From contig OX597824.1 of NCBI GenBank assembly GCA_951406725.2, positions 28,024,001 through 28,088,000 of the forward strand: 64,000 nucleotides of DNA, read 5' to 3'. Every line of letters begins with the position of its first letter. The stretch's first letter is position 1. The DNA is from Octopus vulgaris. Lineage: Eukaryota. This document shows, in pieces, positions 43,477-57,459 of this stretch. A program made the position numbers and the translations under genes. The notes under the pieces were generated by a model that had not been told where the DNA came from, searched no databases, and was given only the letters and a program-made list of their open reading frames with translations.

Positions 43477-44089
43477 AATATATAAAAATATACGTATACA
43501 CACACATATATATACACAGAGAAATAAATATCTATATGCACGTGTGTGTATATGCTTAAATGTATTCATATATATGAGTATACGAAGAGGCGTGATCACA
43601 CGAATTCATACGATCACACCCGAACACACACACAGATGTATGCAGTTATGCTTGCATCTACTGATATATGTATTTATTTGTAAGTATTTGTTAAGTATCC
43701 TGAGAATAAAATACCTAGGCACTTATCGGAGAATACTAGATTGTAAATATAAACATTGTGTATTGTCAAATTTTGCCGATTATTTTAAGTTTCTTTGTAG
43801 ATTGGCGACATAAATCTCAAATATCGATAATTAATCCATTGTTAAGAAGTTACACAGGATTATTTATCATATAGATTTATAAATCACATGATGAATGAAC
43901 GGGGAAAAATAAGAAAAAAATTATATGGAAATGGAAGGAAAATATTTGTTCAAAAGAATAATTGTAAATTTTCAGAAGGAGGATTATAAAATTTTTAAAA
44001 TTCTGAGATGCTCTGTAATATATATTATAAGCATTTCTAATGCGTTTATATATTCAAAAGTGCGTAATATTTTATTCATTTATTTGTTG

Positions 44090-44338
44090 CAGTTATTTGA
44101 ATGCGGCTATGTTGGATCACCCTCTGCAAGAATTTTAATCGAACAATTCTACACTAGGACCCATTTCATAAAGCTCGTTCTATCGGTCACTTTTACCGAA
44201 ACGTTTATGTACAAGGAATGAAAACACAAACACAGGTTCTCAAACAGTGATAGGAGAAAAAATAGACACAAAGAAATACATATAGATAGATACATACATG
44301 CTATATATATATATATATATATAAAAGCATTTATGTAT

Positions 44339-44381
<43 letters not shown>

Positions 44382-44585
44382 ACTATCTATCTATCTATAT
44401 ATATATATATATATATATATCCACATATATATATATATATATATGTACGTATGTATGTATGTATGTATGTATGTATGTATGTATATTTAGTTTCCGTCTA
44501 TCAAATGCACTCTCAGGGCGTTGGTCGGTCCAAGATATCACGCAATGATACTGGACCCGGAATCGTGGGATTTAAAAGGAAGCTT
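44090..44585 (-). mobile_element. SINE B, degenerate, with expanded internal microsatellite
   Basis: TGCGGCTATGTTGGATCACC (tail), CTATCGGTCACTTTTACCGAA, AGTTTCCGTCTATCAAAT..TTGGTCGG (head side). Confidence 0.65.
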
Positions 44586-45125
44586 CAGCTTCTATTTTCA
44601 TTATATTAGCCATAAAGGCCTTACATAGAGAAAGAAAGCAGCGGGCTGGACATAGACATAATGTTATATGAAATGAAAAAAGGAAAATGATGATGAATGG
44701 GAGAAACAGTGATGCCCGCCGATCGTAGTTTCTCGAGAACCCTGATCTTATATATTATTCATGATGCAACAAACCTCTTACACTGTTCACCTTTCAATAA
44801 CAAATGAGGTACTAAGCCTCTTAACTTTTTTCCCCCAACTAGGAACTTTCAATAACACTGAGGCTTTTTAACCTCGTATCCGTATTCCTCCCACACATCG
44901 CTTGTGACTCCGTCCTCCGCCATCAAGCAGGTGCTCTGTCGGCGTCGCCCTGCTATAAGAGATATTCCTCATTGAGTCCCTCCAGCCTACGGAATACAAG
45001 CAACGTTATGACCTCCACAGCTATCTGCAGATGCGATTCGGTAAGAAGCTCCAGCATTTTACCACACAGCCACGCCTGCACCTATACATTAATATAGAAA
45101 CGTTTATATGTGTGTGTGCGTGTGG

Positions 45126-45159
<34 letters not shown>

Positions 45160-45167
<8 letters not shown>

Positions 45168-45517
45168 TAAAAATGGTAAGACAACAAAAGAATGAAAGTG
45201 ACCTCGATATTATGTAAATAGAGGAATTTATCTGTAAATGTAATATGTGACAATTATTCGGTAGCCATGATAAAACTTCGAGTTTCGGATGCCGAGGTGG
45301 AAATCCACGCCGCCATCTCTTCATATATCCGGCCATCGGAAAAAATGCTATGAAAAATGACCGTTATGCAAAGGGAAATTTCCCTTTGCTTAACGGTTGT
45401 TTTTATCCGATGGCCGGATAACTGAAGAGATGTTGGCGTGGATTTCCACCTCGGCATCCGAAACTCGGAGTTTTATCATGCCTACCGAGTAATTGTCACA
45501 TATTACATTTACAGATA
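45160..45517. mobile_element. Palindromic (head-to-head) HHR-bearing PLE pLTR-like element in (TA)n
   Basis: 45229-45378 is an imperfect reverse complement of 45379-45517. The centre GCAAAGGGAAATTTCCCTTTGC is a perfect spacer-less palindrome. Flanked on both sides by (TA)n. Confidence 0.85.
45417..45477 (+). ncRNA. Type-I hammerhead ribozyme motif
   Basis: GAUAA-CUGAAGA-GAUGUUGGCGUGG-AUUU-CCACCUCGGCAUC-C-GAAAC-UCGGA-GUU-UUAUC. Perfect 5-bp stem I, long stem II, near-palindromic helix III, GUU site. Confidence 0.8.
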
Positions 45518-45525
45518 TATATATA

Positions 45526-45613
<88 letters not shown>

Positions 45614-45997
45614 CATATATGAAGGGAATTATTGAAGGAACACATCCAGGCAATCAATACAAATTCCATGTCATAATTGAAAATACACAACGAAATAAAT
45701 ATACATATAAGGGAGCGAAATTAAAGGTCATATGCGAAAACTATGAATCATGTACATAGGGGGCCAGGTACAGAATGGAGGAGTGAGAAATAAAGAGAAA
45801 AAATTTGGGAAGTAAGCGCTTCCAAAAGGAACAGTTCGAACCGGATAAATTTGATGTTTATGCGAAATGTCAGATGAGAATCAAAATTTAAACATTCAGG
45901 AATAAATAGGTAGACAAATAGGTCCATAAATAGGTTGATACAATAAATAAATATATATATATAGATATATATTCGGGTGAATTCGGGTAAAGGATAT

Positions 45998-46087
45998 CAT
46001 CTACGGCCGTTTCAGTGGTACGATAAATGTATAAATGACGTTTTAAGTGTTCCAAATGCAGAAAAATAATGCCCACTCGTCAGGATG
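45998..46087 (-). ncRNA. Type-I hammerhead ribozyme motif
   Basis: Minus strand: CAUC-CUGACGA-GUGG-(~55 nt)-CCAC-U-GAAAC-GGCC-GUA-GAUG. Stem I CAUC/GAUG, palindromic helix III ACGGCCGU, GUA site. Confidence 0.78.
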
Positions 46088-47120
46088 GTTTCCCTCGTGA
46101 TGAAATCAATCCTATATAGTAATAATTTGGAAGCTCTTACCTCGAATCTGTATCTCTTTATTTGTCACACCTCCATTCGGTACATGAATGCAACGTACAT
46201 TATATATACTTTTCACATATAACTTTCACATGTAATTTTGTTCACTTATTTATAAATTTATATGTATATTTATTTTGTTGCTTGTTTTAAATTATGCTTG
46301 ATATTGTCATCTTTTGGTGCATCATTTTCTCTTTATCATAATTATTTTAATCCACAGCTGCTTAAGATTTATTTTGTTACACACTTTGACAGGGCAAGGA
46401 ATGATTGTAGCAGAAGCATGTTTCTGTGACTCTCTCACCTTAGGGGTTATAGATATTTCAATTACCACATGATTTGATTTGTGGACGTAATGTCCGCTTC
46501 ATATATAATAGCTTTTGCATTACAAAGCATATTTAGTAATTACATTTTAGAGATTATATATCAAATATTGGTCCTAGTTCTTTTGTTTTTCTGAATTAGG
46601 TATATTATTAAGGAAAATAAATTGTGGAACGTCAACGGTTTTTAAAAAACATCCATAAAATAGCTTTATATGTGCTTGTGTAGTTTCTGAATTCTTAACG
46701 GAATTAACCAACACCAGAAGTATTTTGACAATATTAGAGTTAAGTTTTATTAGGAACAGATGTACACGATGTACAATATTATGTGAACTCTACATTCTTT
46801 GCGAAAGGATACGATTACTTGCGTTCATGTTTTATTCGTAGATCAACAAGCTATAGCGAAACTATGTTGCAATGTTGGAAATTAAAATGATTGAAGAAGA
46901 AATGCAACATTTTAAATTGATAGTATGTACAAGAACAGGATATATGATTCTTTTATTAGACATATGCAATGGGCTATATGACAAAATGATTCAATTCAGT
47001 GTAACATCTAAAACATTTAAACACTTGAATTAAATGATGTCTTACACATATGCATAAACAACTGACTATGAGATACGCAACTTCATGTCACTCGTGTATC
47101 GACAGGAGATTGTATTGCGA

Positions 47121-47183
<63 letters not shown>

Positions 47184-47244
47184 GTATATATACAAATATA
47201 TATGTATATATATGTGTATATATATACACACACACATATATATG

Positions 47245-47289
<45 letters not shown>

Positions 47290-47782
47290 TTATATTATAT
47301 TGAGGGTACTACTATTCGTAGATACCAACATGCTAAGAGGGACCAATGCGGTCAAAACTACTAAAAATAAACAAAATTTTACCGAATGCAAAACTTCAAA
47401 ACACATCATTTTAAAAAAGAATTCAGTTACATATCACATGTGATTTCGCATTTATTGCAGAATATGCATTTCATGTTCGTCAGTGCAACAAACTCAAGAA
47501 ATATAAGAAAAAACATAACATTACAAACTCGATAGCCAACCGTAGAATTCGTCGTAGCTTGTACAAATGTTTATCCTTACATATCTATGAAAATGGCGGG
47601 CTTTTTCGCAATGCATTTCGGTAACAATTTGCCTAGTCGGAATAAAAATTCAGTATTGAACTATTCCGGTGAAAAATATAAATTAACAATTGAGGATAAA
47701 ATCTTTAAAAGAAATTATCAGTAGTCAGCGTGAAAAACCTCGTAAGAGAAAAAATCCGTAAATTCTTCCTCTTTAATATATA

Positions 47783-47838
<56 letters not shown>

Positions 47839-47867
47839 CATATATATATATGTATACGTATATATAC

Positions 47868-48108
47868 ATATGAGAGGGATGGCCACTATGTAGACAACCC
47901 TTATGCTAGATGTAGATCCGCAATGGTCTTACCACTAAGAAATGTTCTCAAGAAAAATTTAGTAAACACCAGAACGTAAGCGATTACATTCTTGCTTTAC
48001 GTTCTTGGTAAAACCATAAAACCGTAAAAACATTTCTTAATGGTAAAACCATAGCGGATCTAGTTCTAGTATAAGGGATGTCCACATAATGATCATCCCT
48101 CTCGTATG
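47868..48108. repeat. Fold-back element (~85-bp imperfect inverted arms plus an inner hairpin) adjoining (TA)n
   Basis: CATATGAGAGGGATGGCCACTATGTAGACAACCCTTATGCTAG..TAAGAAATGTT versus the reverse complement of about 48028-48108; inner ACCAGAACGTAAGC / GCTTTACGTTCTTGGT. Confidence 0.8.
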
Positions 48109-48256
48109 TATATAATACAATTTACTGAACCTTCAGATTTTAATAAGCTAGACCACTGGTGTTAAATTGATATTAATTAAATTAATATCCAATTTCTCAC
48201 TCTCATTTTAAATTTACATATATATTTATTTATATAAATACATACATATATATATA

Positions 48257-48297
<41 letters not shown>

Positions 48298-48683
48298 TGT
48301 ATATATATATTGGCCTCCTCTCCGTAGGAATTCTGGCATATATGATGGATTTGGGGATGTATGTTTGGAAGTCCGCGCCAGTGTGTGTATGCACATCTAT
48401 TCACATGCTTACAAAATTAGACTTCCAACTAATTATATCAAATGCATGCGTATACCTGTGTGCGCGTGTGTATATATCTGTGTGCCCATTTGTGCGTCTG
48501 TGTGTGTGCGTGCGTGTGTGCGTGCGCACTTATATAAATACATACACGCATCTAACTAATTTGAATCCATTTGAAAGATAAATCCTGAGATGCCAGAATT
48601 CCTACGGAGAGGAAGCCAACATTTTCCGAAGGTATTCACAAAGACACAAACACACACACAAACACACATGGAGTTCTACATCG

Positions 48684-48745
<62 letters not shown>

Positions 48746-49083
48746 TTGTTCGTCTATGTGTGTTCGTGCGTGTGTGCGCGCATGTGTTTGTTTTCTAGTT
48801 CAGCATGTCGATCGAGATTTACTTCTTGGTTTTTTTCCACTCTTTCCGAATGACTACAAGAAACCTTATCGCAACATTAGCTGTCAGTCGAACACTGCCA
48901 GGGATTTATCTGTTGATGACGTTTTGAGGCTGGTTTCAAATATTGTTGATGTTCTTAATAAGCTAAGGACCATTTGTTTTCTTTTCTTTTTGTTGTAATT
49001 CCTTTTCTTTTCCTTTTGTCATAACCATGTACGTCTTTGCAAGCGAGGAGCACATATATGTGTGCGTGTGTGTGTGTATCTAT

Positions 49084-49128
<45 letters not shown>

Positions 49129-49272
49129 TATATATGTATATATATATGTATATATACATATATATACAAGCAAATTTTTTACATGTGCATATATATTCGT
49201 ATGTATACATGTATATACATGTAAGCTTACAGGTGTGTGGAAGTGAGAATATATGTGAGTTTGTAAGTGTGT

Positions 49273-49309
<37 letters not shown>

Positions 49310-49482
49310 CGCGCAAGTATGTAAATACATACGTGTGCATGTATTTCAGCATTTTGAAGCGCGCGAGCAGATGCGAGAATTTAAAATATGACTGTAAGGT
49401 GTGAACGTCAAAGGAAGATAGCAATCGAAAAAAAAATAAAGGTGAAGGATATTGGCGTACAGCAGCGCGGAAGCTGCTGCTG

Positions 49483-49561
<79 letters not shown>

Positions 49562-49567
49562 CACTAG

Positions 49568-49640
<73 letters not shown>

Positions 49641-49707
49641 GTTGCTGGTGCTACTGCTGTTTCTATTACTAACAACAGCTACAACAATGGCAAAACAGCA
49701 CATTAAT

Positions 49708-49771
<64 letters not shown>

Positions 49772-49807
49772 GTAAGAATAATGATAATATTTCGAGGACT
49801 TTTTCAG

Positions 49808-50065
49808 AGGGATTGGCTACTGGACCTGAAGAAAATTCTAACTAGGCTCTGCAAATTCTTGCAGGTCATGCGCTGCTTACTTTGATATGAGATCACTATT
49901 TCGCGCACATTTGGTTGTGATGCTTGTTCCTGGTGTACCCTTATCAGACGGATAGTCATGATGGATATACTGGACTACGTATATTTTGCCCCAGTGTCAC
50001 TTTAATGGCATGCACTGCTCCCTTACTCAATAATAATAATAATAATAATAGTAATAATAATAATA
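49808..50065 (+). mobile_element. Family D retroposon 3' fragment with (TAA)n tail
   Basis: Reverse-complement homology to 3702-3915. Confidence 0.65.
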
Positions 50066-50069
50066 AAAT

Positions 50070-50263
50070 ATTCTACTACAGGTATAATGCCTGAAAATTT
50101 GTCGACAGAGATAGCTGATTACATTGGCTGGTATTTATTTTAAGACCCCGAAAGAATGAAAAGGAAAAACGACCTCGGCAGAGTTCGAACTCAGAACGAT
50201 AAGATCGATGAAATGCTCTTATACATTTTGACCGGTGTGCAGACGATTCTGCCACCTCACCAC

Positions 50264-50331
<68 letters not shown>

Positions 50332-50550
50332 TAATAATAATAATGGTCTGAAATTTTGCCACAAGGGTGGCTTTCTGGGAGAGTGAAGGAGTTCATTACA
50401 TTGACCACTGTATTTCACTGGTACTTAGATTATCGACCCTGAAGGATGAAAGGCAAATTCGACCTCATCAGAATTTGAACTCAAAATATATTGGTAACCG
50501 AATTACCGCTAAACATTTTGCCCGGCGCGAAAACAATTCTGCCAGCTTGC
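50070..50550 (-). mobile_element. Two degenerate SINE A copies separated by (AAT)n
   Basis: GACCCCGAAAGAATGAAA..GACCTCGGCAGAGTTCGAACTCAGAAC and ATCGACCCTGAAGGATGAAAGGCAAA..AATTTGAACTC. Confidence 0.75.
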
Positions 50551-50552
50551 CC

Positions 50553-50596
50553 ATAATAATAACAATAATAATAGCAATAGTAACAGCAACAACAAC

Positions 50597-50685
<89 letters not shown>

Positions 50686-50813
50686 TAATAATAATAATAA
50701 TAATGATAATAATAATAATAATAATAATGATGATGATGATGATGATGATGATTATGATGATGATGATAATAATAATAATGATGATGATAATAATGATAAT
50801 AATAATGATGATG

Positions 50814-50888
<75 letters not shown>

Positions 50889-51010
50889 GCAACAACGATG
50901 AACACGTCTACGACGATGATGATGGTGATGATGATGATGATGATGATGATGATGAGGGGGGCGAGGAGGATGATGATGATGAGGAGGAGGAGGAGGAGGA
51001 AGAGGAGGAT
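50553..51010. repeat. (AAT)n/(ATG)n/(AGG)n compound microsatellite
   Basis: Directly visible. Confidence 0.95.
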
Positions 51011-51814
51011 TAGCTGCAAGGCCACACATTTTACATCGATCAAACCAGATCGATCGCACAACACGTCAGAAAGTTTATTTTATCGACCCCCCTCAGGGAA
51101 TTGAACCTAGAATGTAAATGGGAATATCTACACACCGCAAGGTCTTCTGACATCCATCACCTTTAGAAGAAAACGAGGTGACACTTTACATGTTTGCTTT
51201 TGTATCAATGTGTATATTTTGTTTCTGTTTGTTTAAATGTTTGTCCTCGTCTGCTTCAATGTAATGGCTGTCTATTCCATGTAAAAGTCACTCTGTGGGT
51301 GACTGCCAGGGCAAACATATCATGGTGTGCGTGATTCTGTGATGAGTTCTCGTATTTGTGCTTGTATATGTTTGTGTGTGTTTATCTGTATGTGCGTGTG
51401 CGTATGCATGCGCGTGTCGCGTCGTCGGTCTCTGCGTCTCAAGTATTTTTACGTAGGTGACTACAAACATCAGTTTAGCTGGGGTTTCACGACGATTTAG
51501 CTTTTTTCCCAACAAATATAGAGTTAATGAGGGGAAGAATAAAGAACAAGATTAATGTGGGGATGCAAAAGAAGAAGAGGAAAAGGAAGAAAAAATAAGT
51601 AGAGGAGGAGAAAACGAAGTCAAATCTACAAATGGACATAGTAGATATGTGTGTGTGTGAGTGTGTATCTGTGTATATGTGTCCCTTTCTGTAGAAGAGC
51701 GTAGGCTCGAAAAGTAAAAAACTTTTTCTATTCCTGAACGTTATACTAATACGTCTCTGTGTTTTGTACACCACCTGTCTTCGTCTTTTGTTGTTTTTTT
51801 TCGTGAACTCTCCC

Positions 51815-51860
<46 letters not shown>

Positions 51861-52547
51861 TGTATATATATGCCTATGTTTATGCGTGCATATCCGTGTG
51901 TGTATACTTAATTTTTTTACTTCTGTCGTACACTTTTGAGTGCATTGAAGAGCGCCAATAATGAGATACCATTTTCAAGTGTTTTGTCATACAAATTCAA
52001 TTCATTTCTTTTCTGTAATTCCGTTACTCATGGTACATTTATATCGTTTATAATCCCTTCAAAAATAAAAGTTCCTATGGGAACTCAGGTACAGGCAAGC
52101 TTAACATGACAATGAACTGTAAATATACGTTTGCATGTCTCCATTGCACTAGTTAAGAGCTAGTCGTCGTACGTTAAAATGCTGAGATATAATAGCAGTA
52201 GGATCTAGTCTAATGTTAAACATATGTAAAAGGAAAGTGAGTGGCAAGATGAGGGTTACCGCCGTCAGAATTGATGAGGAACACGACCACACAAATACTG
52301 ACCATGGTTAGTTATGGAGGTGCTGAAGATTCCTGTGATGGCTGCCGTGATTTCTACGTTAAAGACGGCGGAAAGAACGCTGATAGTGATTATCACGAAA
52401 CTGTAGATGATGTATTAATATGAAGTTATTGATGATGAGGAGGGGAAGAGAAGGAGAATGAAGATGCCGAACTTCTAGGTTACGGGTTTGTAAACAAGCT
52501 AACACCGGTTGTGAAGCTGTAGTGGGACGCGATCAGGCACACATGTA

Positions 52548-52636
<89 letters not shown>

Positions 52637-52668
52637 TATATATATATGTATGTATATATATAAATGTG

Positions 52669-52707
<39 letters not shown>

Positions 52708-52734
52708 GTGTATGTATATATATATATAAATGTG

Positions 52735-52771
<37 letters not shown>

Positions 52772-52774
<3 letters not shown>

Positions 52775-52918
52775 TTTCCGTTTCCATCTACGAAATCCAC
52801 TAACAAGGCTGTATTCGGCCAGAGGCCGAAGACATTTGCTCATGTTATCAGGAAGTGGGACTGAACCCGGAAACAGGTAATTGGAAAGAAAATTTCTTAT
52901 CACATAGCCACGACTGCA
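52772..52918 (-). mobile_element. SINE B, 5' half
   Basis: TTTCCATCTACGAAATCCACTAACAAGGCT..GTGGGACTGAACCCGGAA..CACATAGCCACG. Confidence 0.7.
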
Positions 52919-53224
52919 CTGAAAAATACACGCATCCATAGATTCACTCTGTAAAGACATATACTTGATTAGAAAGCTTTTCGATCATAAATTTGTTTGA
53001 TCAAAGTTCATCTGGAGTTAAACATCCGTAAAAGTCGCAATTGACACAAGAACTAACAGCCGCTGGGAAAAAGAACATCAAAAGAGGTATATGTAAGTGC
53101 AATAATAACTAAGGGTACCCTAGATAAAATAGCGAGTATAATATTCTGTCTTGCACATTAATTATACTCTCTGAAATACTAATGCTTGAGTTATGGTGGT
53201 AAAATTAGATGCAATTAAGGCGAA

Positions 53225-53440
53225 GGTGGCGAGCAGGCAGAATCGGTGGAACACCAAGCAACACGATAAGAGTTATTTCGTTTGTCTTTATGTTCTGAGT
53301 TCAAATTCCGCAGAGGTCGACTTTGCCTCTCATTTTTTTTTTTCAGTGTCGATAAAATAAGTATTAGTCTAGCATTGGAGTCCTAATAATTGATTAGTCT
53401 CCTTCTCACCTATTTTAGGCTTTGTGTCTATATTAAAAAG
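53225..53440 (+). mobile_element. SINE A, degenerate
   Basis: GGCGAGCAGGCAGAATCG..TTCTGAGTTCAAATTCCGCAGAGGTCGACTTTGCCT..GTCGATAAAATAAGTA. Confidence 0.8.
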
Positions 53441-53575
53441 AAAAATTAGATATATGTTGGTTAAAAAATATCCGATATACACTATACTGGAATTACAGTA
53501 TAGTGCATATAGGAACTTGGCGGTCCACATGAGATTTTGTTGTTGAAATGTATCTGCAATGTACTGCTGGATATA

Positions 53576-53832
53576 ATTAAAAAAAAATTATAAATGCGCC
53601 ATTTTAAAGCCTAGCCAGGCTCATGGGCCCGGTTTCCCAGCTTCAATGGCGTATGTGTTCTGCAGCTGGACGGAACGCTAGTCCATCGCAGAGTTACTCA
53701 TTTTTGCCAGCTGGAGCAACGTGAAATGAAGTGTTTTGCTCAAGAACACAACGCGTCACCAATCCAGGAATCGAAACCACAATCTTACGATCATGATGCT
53801 GACGCCCTAAATACTAAGCCACGCACCTCCAC
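53576..53832 (-). mobile_element. SINE family C3 (tRNA head, CORE-like segment, V-domain-like segment)
   Basis: 13-bp TSD ACTGCTGGATATA (53563-53575, 53833-53845). Minus strand GGTTTCGATTCC, TCTTGAGCAAAACACTT, then CTGCGATGGACTAGCGTTCCGTCCAG. Confidence 0.85.
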
Positions 53833-54564
53833 ACTGCTGGATATACGTCTATTACAAAATTCATAATATTGTTTGATTTAAATTTAATAGAATTTCTTTT
53901 TAAACATCCAGTGGCTGTGGGGATCAACGCGAGGAAAATGGGAACCAAGTGGGTCCATAGGCAACAAATGGTTGTAAATCACTGATCTAGGTTTAATATT
54001 GGCAGTGATCGCTCAAGCCTTTGACTGTAACGGACCCTGGTTTGGCCATATCAACTATATTTTGTATAACAAGAACTGTGTAGTCTAATATGTTTATTTA
54101 ATTGTCTGATTAGCAAGGGATTTGGTTGCATTTTCTAGCCACTCCAATTATAACCACCCTATTTTATAACAGAAATATATACAGTTTATTGCAGATAATT
54201 TTCAGTAAGAAAATCTTACGTGGACCGCTAAGGAACTTATGGACCCCGACTGAAAATCACTGAGTTAGATGATACACATAAACACATCATGAACAAAAAC
54301 AGTAACATCAACAACAAAACCACGAAGAGAAAACGGCAAATAACACAAGAATCTTTTAAAAATCTCCAGCAAAAATGGCTGAGAGACAACGCACATATTA
54401 ATGACAATGGATGTAAACGAACTACAGGGGAAGACTCGATATGGACGTTCGATTGCTCGTAGTTGAGAGCAGTTAAATCTCGCTCAAAATACAAGCTGTC
54501 ACCCAGAGAAAAAGATGAACAAGTTGAAAGATACAACGGTTTGGGTGTAAAATTAGAAAATAAA

Positions 54565-54950
54565 TAGCTTACTTACCAACCACATGGTTCCGGGTTCAAT
54601 CCCACTGCGTGGCACCTTCGGCAAGGGTCTTCTACTATAGCCTCGGGCAGACCAAAGCCTTGTGAGTGGATTTGGTAGACGGAAACTGAAAGAAGCCCGT
54701 CGTATATATGTATATAGGTATGTGTGTGTATATGTTTGTGTGTCTGTGTTTGCCCTCCCAACATCGCTTGACAACCGATGCTGGTGTGTTTATGTCCCCG
54801 TAACTTACCGGTTCGGCAAAAGAGACCGATCGAATAAATTCTACGCTTACAAAGTATAAGTCCTGGGGTTGATTTTCTCGACCAAAGGCGGTGCTCCAGC
54901 ATGGCTACAGTCACATGATGGACACAAGTAAAAGGGTAAAAGAGTAAAAG
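54565..54950 (+). mobile_element. SINE B, near full length
   Basis: GGTTCCGGGTTCAATCCC B-box, CACCTTCGGCAAG, GAGTGGATTTGGTAGACGGAAACTGAAAGAAGCCCGTCG, a short TA/TG tract, and a 3' half ending GGTGCTCCAGCATGGC..(GTAAAAG)n. Confidence 0.88.
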
Positions 54951-55244
54951 AGATAACTTGTGATTCACCGAAACGTTTCGAATTGTTAAGAAGTCTGGTT
55001 TATTTTGAAATGACCAATCAGACACTTGCAGGCTTCAGAGAGAACTCTTAATGTTACGCTCGCTAAATTACCAAAGTAGCACCAGTCATTATTACAGACA
55101 TAAGGATCTTCCCGAGTCTTCAGAAGAATAACAGTGTATTCAAACATATGAAATGGTGAAAGCATCAACATGAATGCAAATTATTACAACAACATCAACA
55201 ATGTCACTTCCACCATTAACAACAAGGACAACAAACATCAGCAG

Positions 55245-55415
55245 CAGGCGTGGCTATTCCGTAAGAAGACTGATTCCCAAAATATATGATTCTGGGTTTA
55301 GTTCCACTGAGTAGCACTTTGGGCTAGTATCTTCTACGGTAGTCTCGGTCAGACCAAAGCCTTGTGAGTGGATTTGGTTGACGGAAAGTAAAAGAAGACT
55401 GTCGTATATATTTAT

Positions 55416-55483
<68 letters not shown>

Positions 55484-55705
55484 TTGTGTGTATGCGTTTG
55501 TGCCTGTTTGTCCGACTCCACCGTCTGACAACCGGTGTTTCTGTTTACGTCATCGTAACTTAGCCGTTCGGCAAAAGTTTCTGATAGAACATTATAAGGC
55601 TTGAAACAGGATACATACTGTGATTGATTCATTGGACTACAAATAGGCTTCAAGGCTGTGTCCCAGCATGGCCGTAGTCCTGCAAATAGAACAAATAAAA
55701 GATGA
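55245..55705 (+). mobile_element. SINE B with internal (TG)n
   Basis: Collinear with 54565-54950. Confidence 0.8.
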
Positions 55706-57235
55706 AATAGAGAGGAAGGCTATCTGTCATAAATAGTTACTGATGGAGCCTTTGTCGGTTTGCTGTGTTTCTAGAATATAGCTATTAAATTTCTGTCGCA
55801 TCAGAACCGAAAAACCACCAAGAAATGCAAGATACTTTAGAAGATATAGCGCTTGATATCTCTAAATGAAAGAGGTGGCCAAAGTTGGAATGCCTTGCAT
55901 CACAGGAATTATGCTGAGTCAGATGTGACAATGGGCTCGTCTCCAACAAAATTAATAACAAGCAAAATGAAGATCTTTCTAAGAATAATATATCTGTAAT
56001 GAAACACAAACATAGAGGCATAAAATTGCGTAGGTGCATCCAAAATATTTACGTAAACGCAATCGCATCAGCTTTATGTATATACAAATATATATATATA
56101 TCTATGCATTCGTGCGTTCGTGCGTATGTGTAGTTAAACATAAACACTGGTAGTCACACTCAGAAAATACTGTCATACAAAGACTAAAACGAAGACACAC
56201 ATATACGCATATGCGTATGTTATTGCATATATGTATAGATATATATATATATATATATGTGTGTGTGTAAATTATAATATGTTTGTGTGGAGATGTGTGC
56301 TGGTGTGGGGGTGTCTCTGTGTGTCTACTTATGATTGTATATTTTTATATATGTCTCTATGCATACGTTCACACTCGATCGCACAGACACACACGCTTGC
56401 AGGAAACGCAGAAATCCATTTCTCTGTTTTATGCTGACGCACACACAGACACATTTGCAATCGACTAAGGAAAGCCATTACTTTACATCTGGCTTGCACA
56501 TACACACAAGAAATCAATCGCTCAGCAACGATACCTCGCACACACATACACACACACACACAAACATACACACACATACTCACACATGCATAGACATAAT
56601 CTCACACACACTGAGACATAATCACACACATAAACGCAGAAACACAGAAATACAGACACACACACACACACACACATTAAGCGAGGCACTTTAGCTAGGG
56701 AGGCGGTGCGCAGAATGCAGAGAAATAAGTAGAAATGGCAACATTTGAAATGTACGGACGCCATTAATGATTCTTGCTGGCAAGATGGTTAATTAGCTGG
56801 TAGCATTGTTGTCTATTGATAAACACATGTGCTATACAGCAGAAGCTCTTTTTCTCTTCTTCACTTTCTATCATATCGACAAATTGCTTTCCAAAGCGCT
56901 AACTGCCACCAAACTGGCCTTAAACCAAAATGTCAGCCATTTTCGCTCTTCGCTCTTTGATATAATTTTTTACTGCTTTTTATTCGCTTGCGTTTTATTG
57001 TGTTTTATTTCCTTATTTTATGTCATTTCTTTCCTTTTATTTCCTGTTTTCTCTCTTATTTTTTTTTTTACCATTTTCTTTTTTCTTTTTCACTTACTTT
57101 TCTCCTTTCTCTCTTCTTCCATATTGTAACGGATCGTTCATTCTTTATTTGCTGTTGAGGGAGGAGCCAGAGTTCTCTATTATGTTCATACTTGATTTGT
57201 CTTATTTCATTTTTATGTTTATATTCTTATCTGTT

Positions 57236-57346
<111 letters not shown>

Positions 57347-57371
57347 GGTATGTATGTATGTATGTATTTAT

Positions 57372-57459
<88 letters not shown>

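Noticed and set aside
54240-54540. Possible LINE C-terminal fragment (LQQKWLR)
   Set aside because: Insufficient motif support without a database search.
54966-54982. Palindrome CGAAACGTTTCG resembling an HHR helix III
   Set aside because: No upstream CUGANGA or stem II on either strand.
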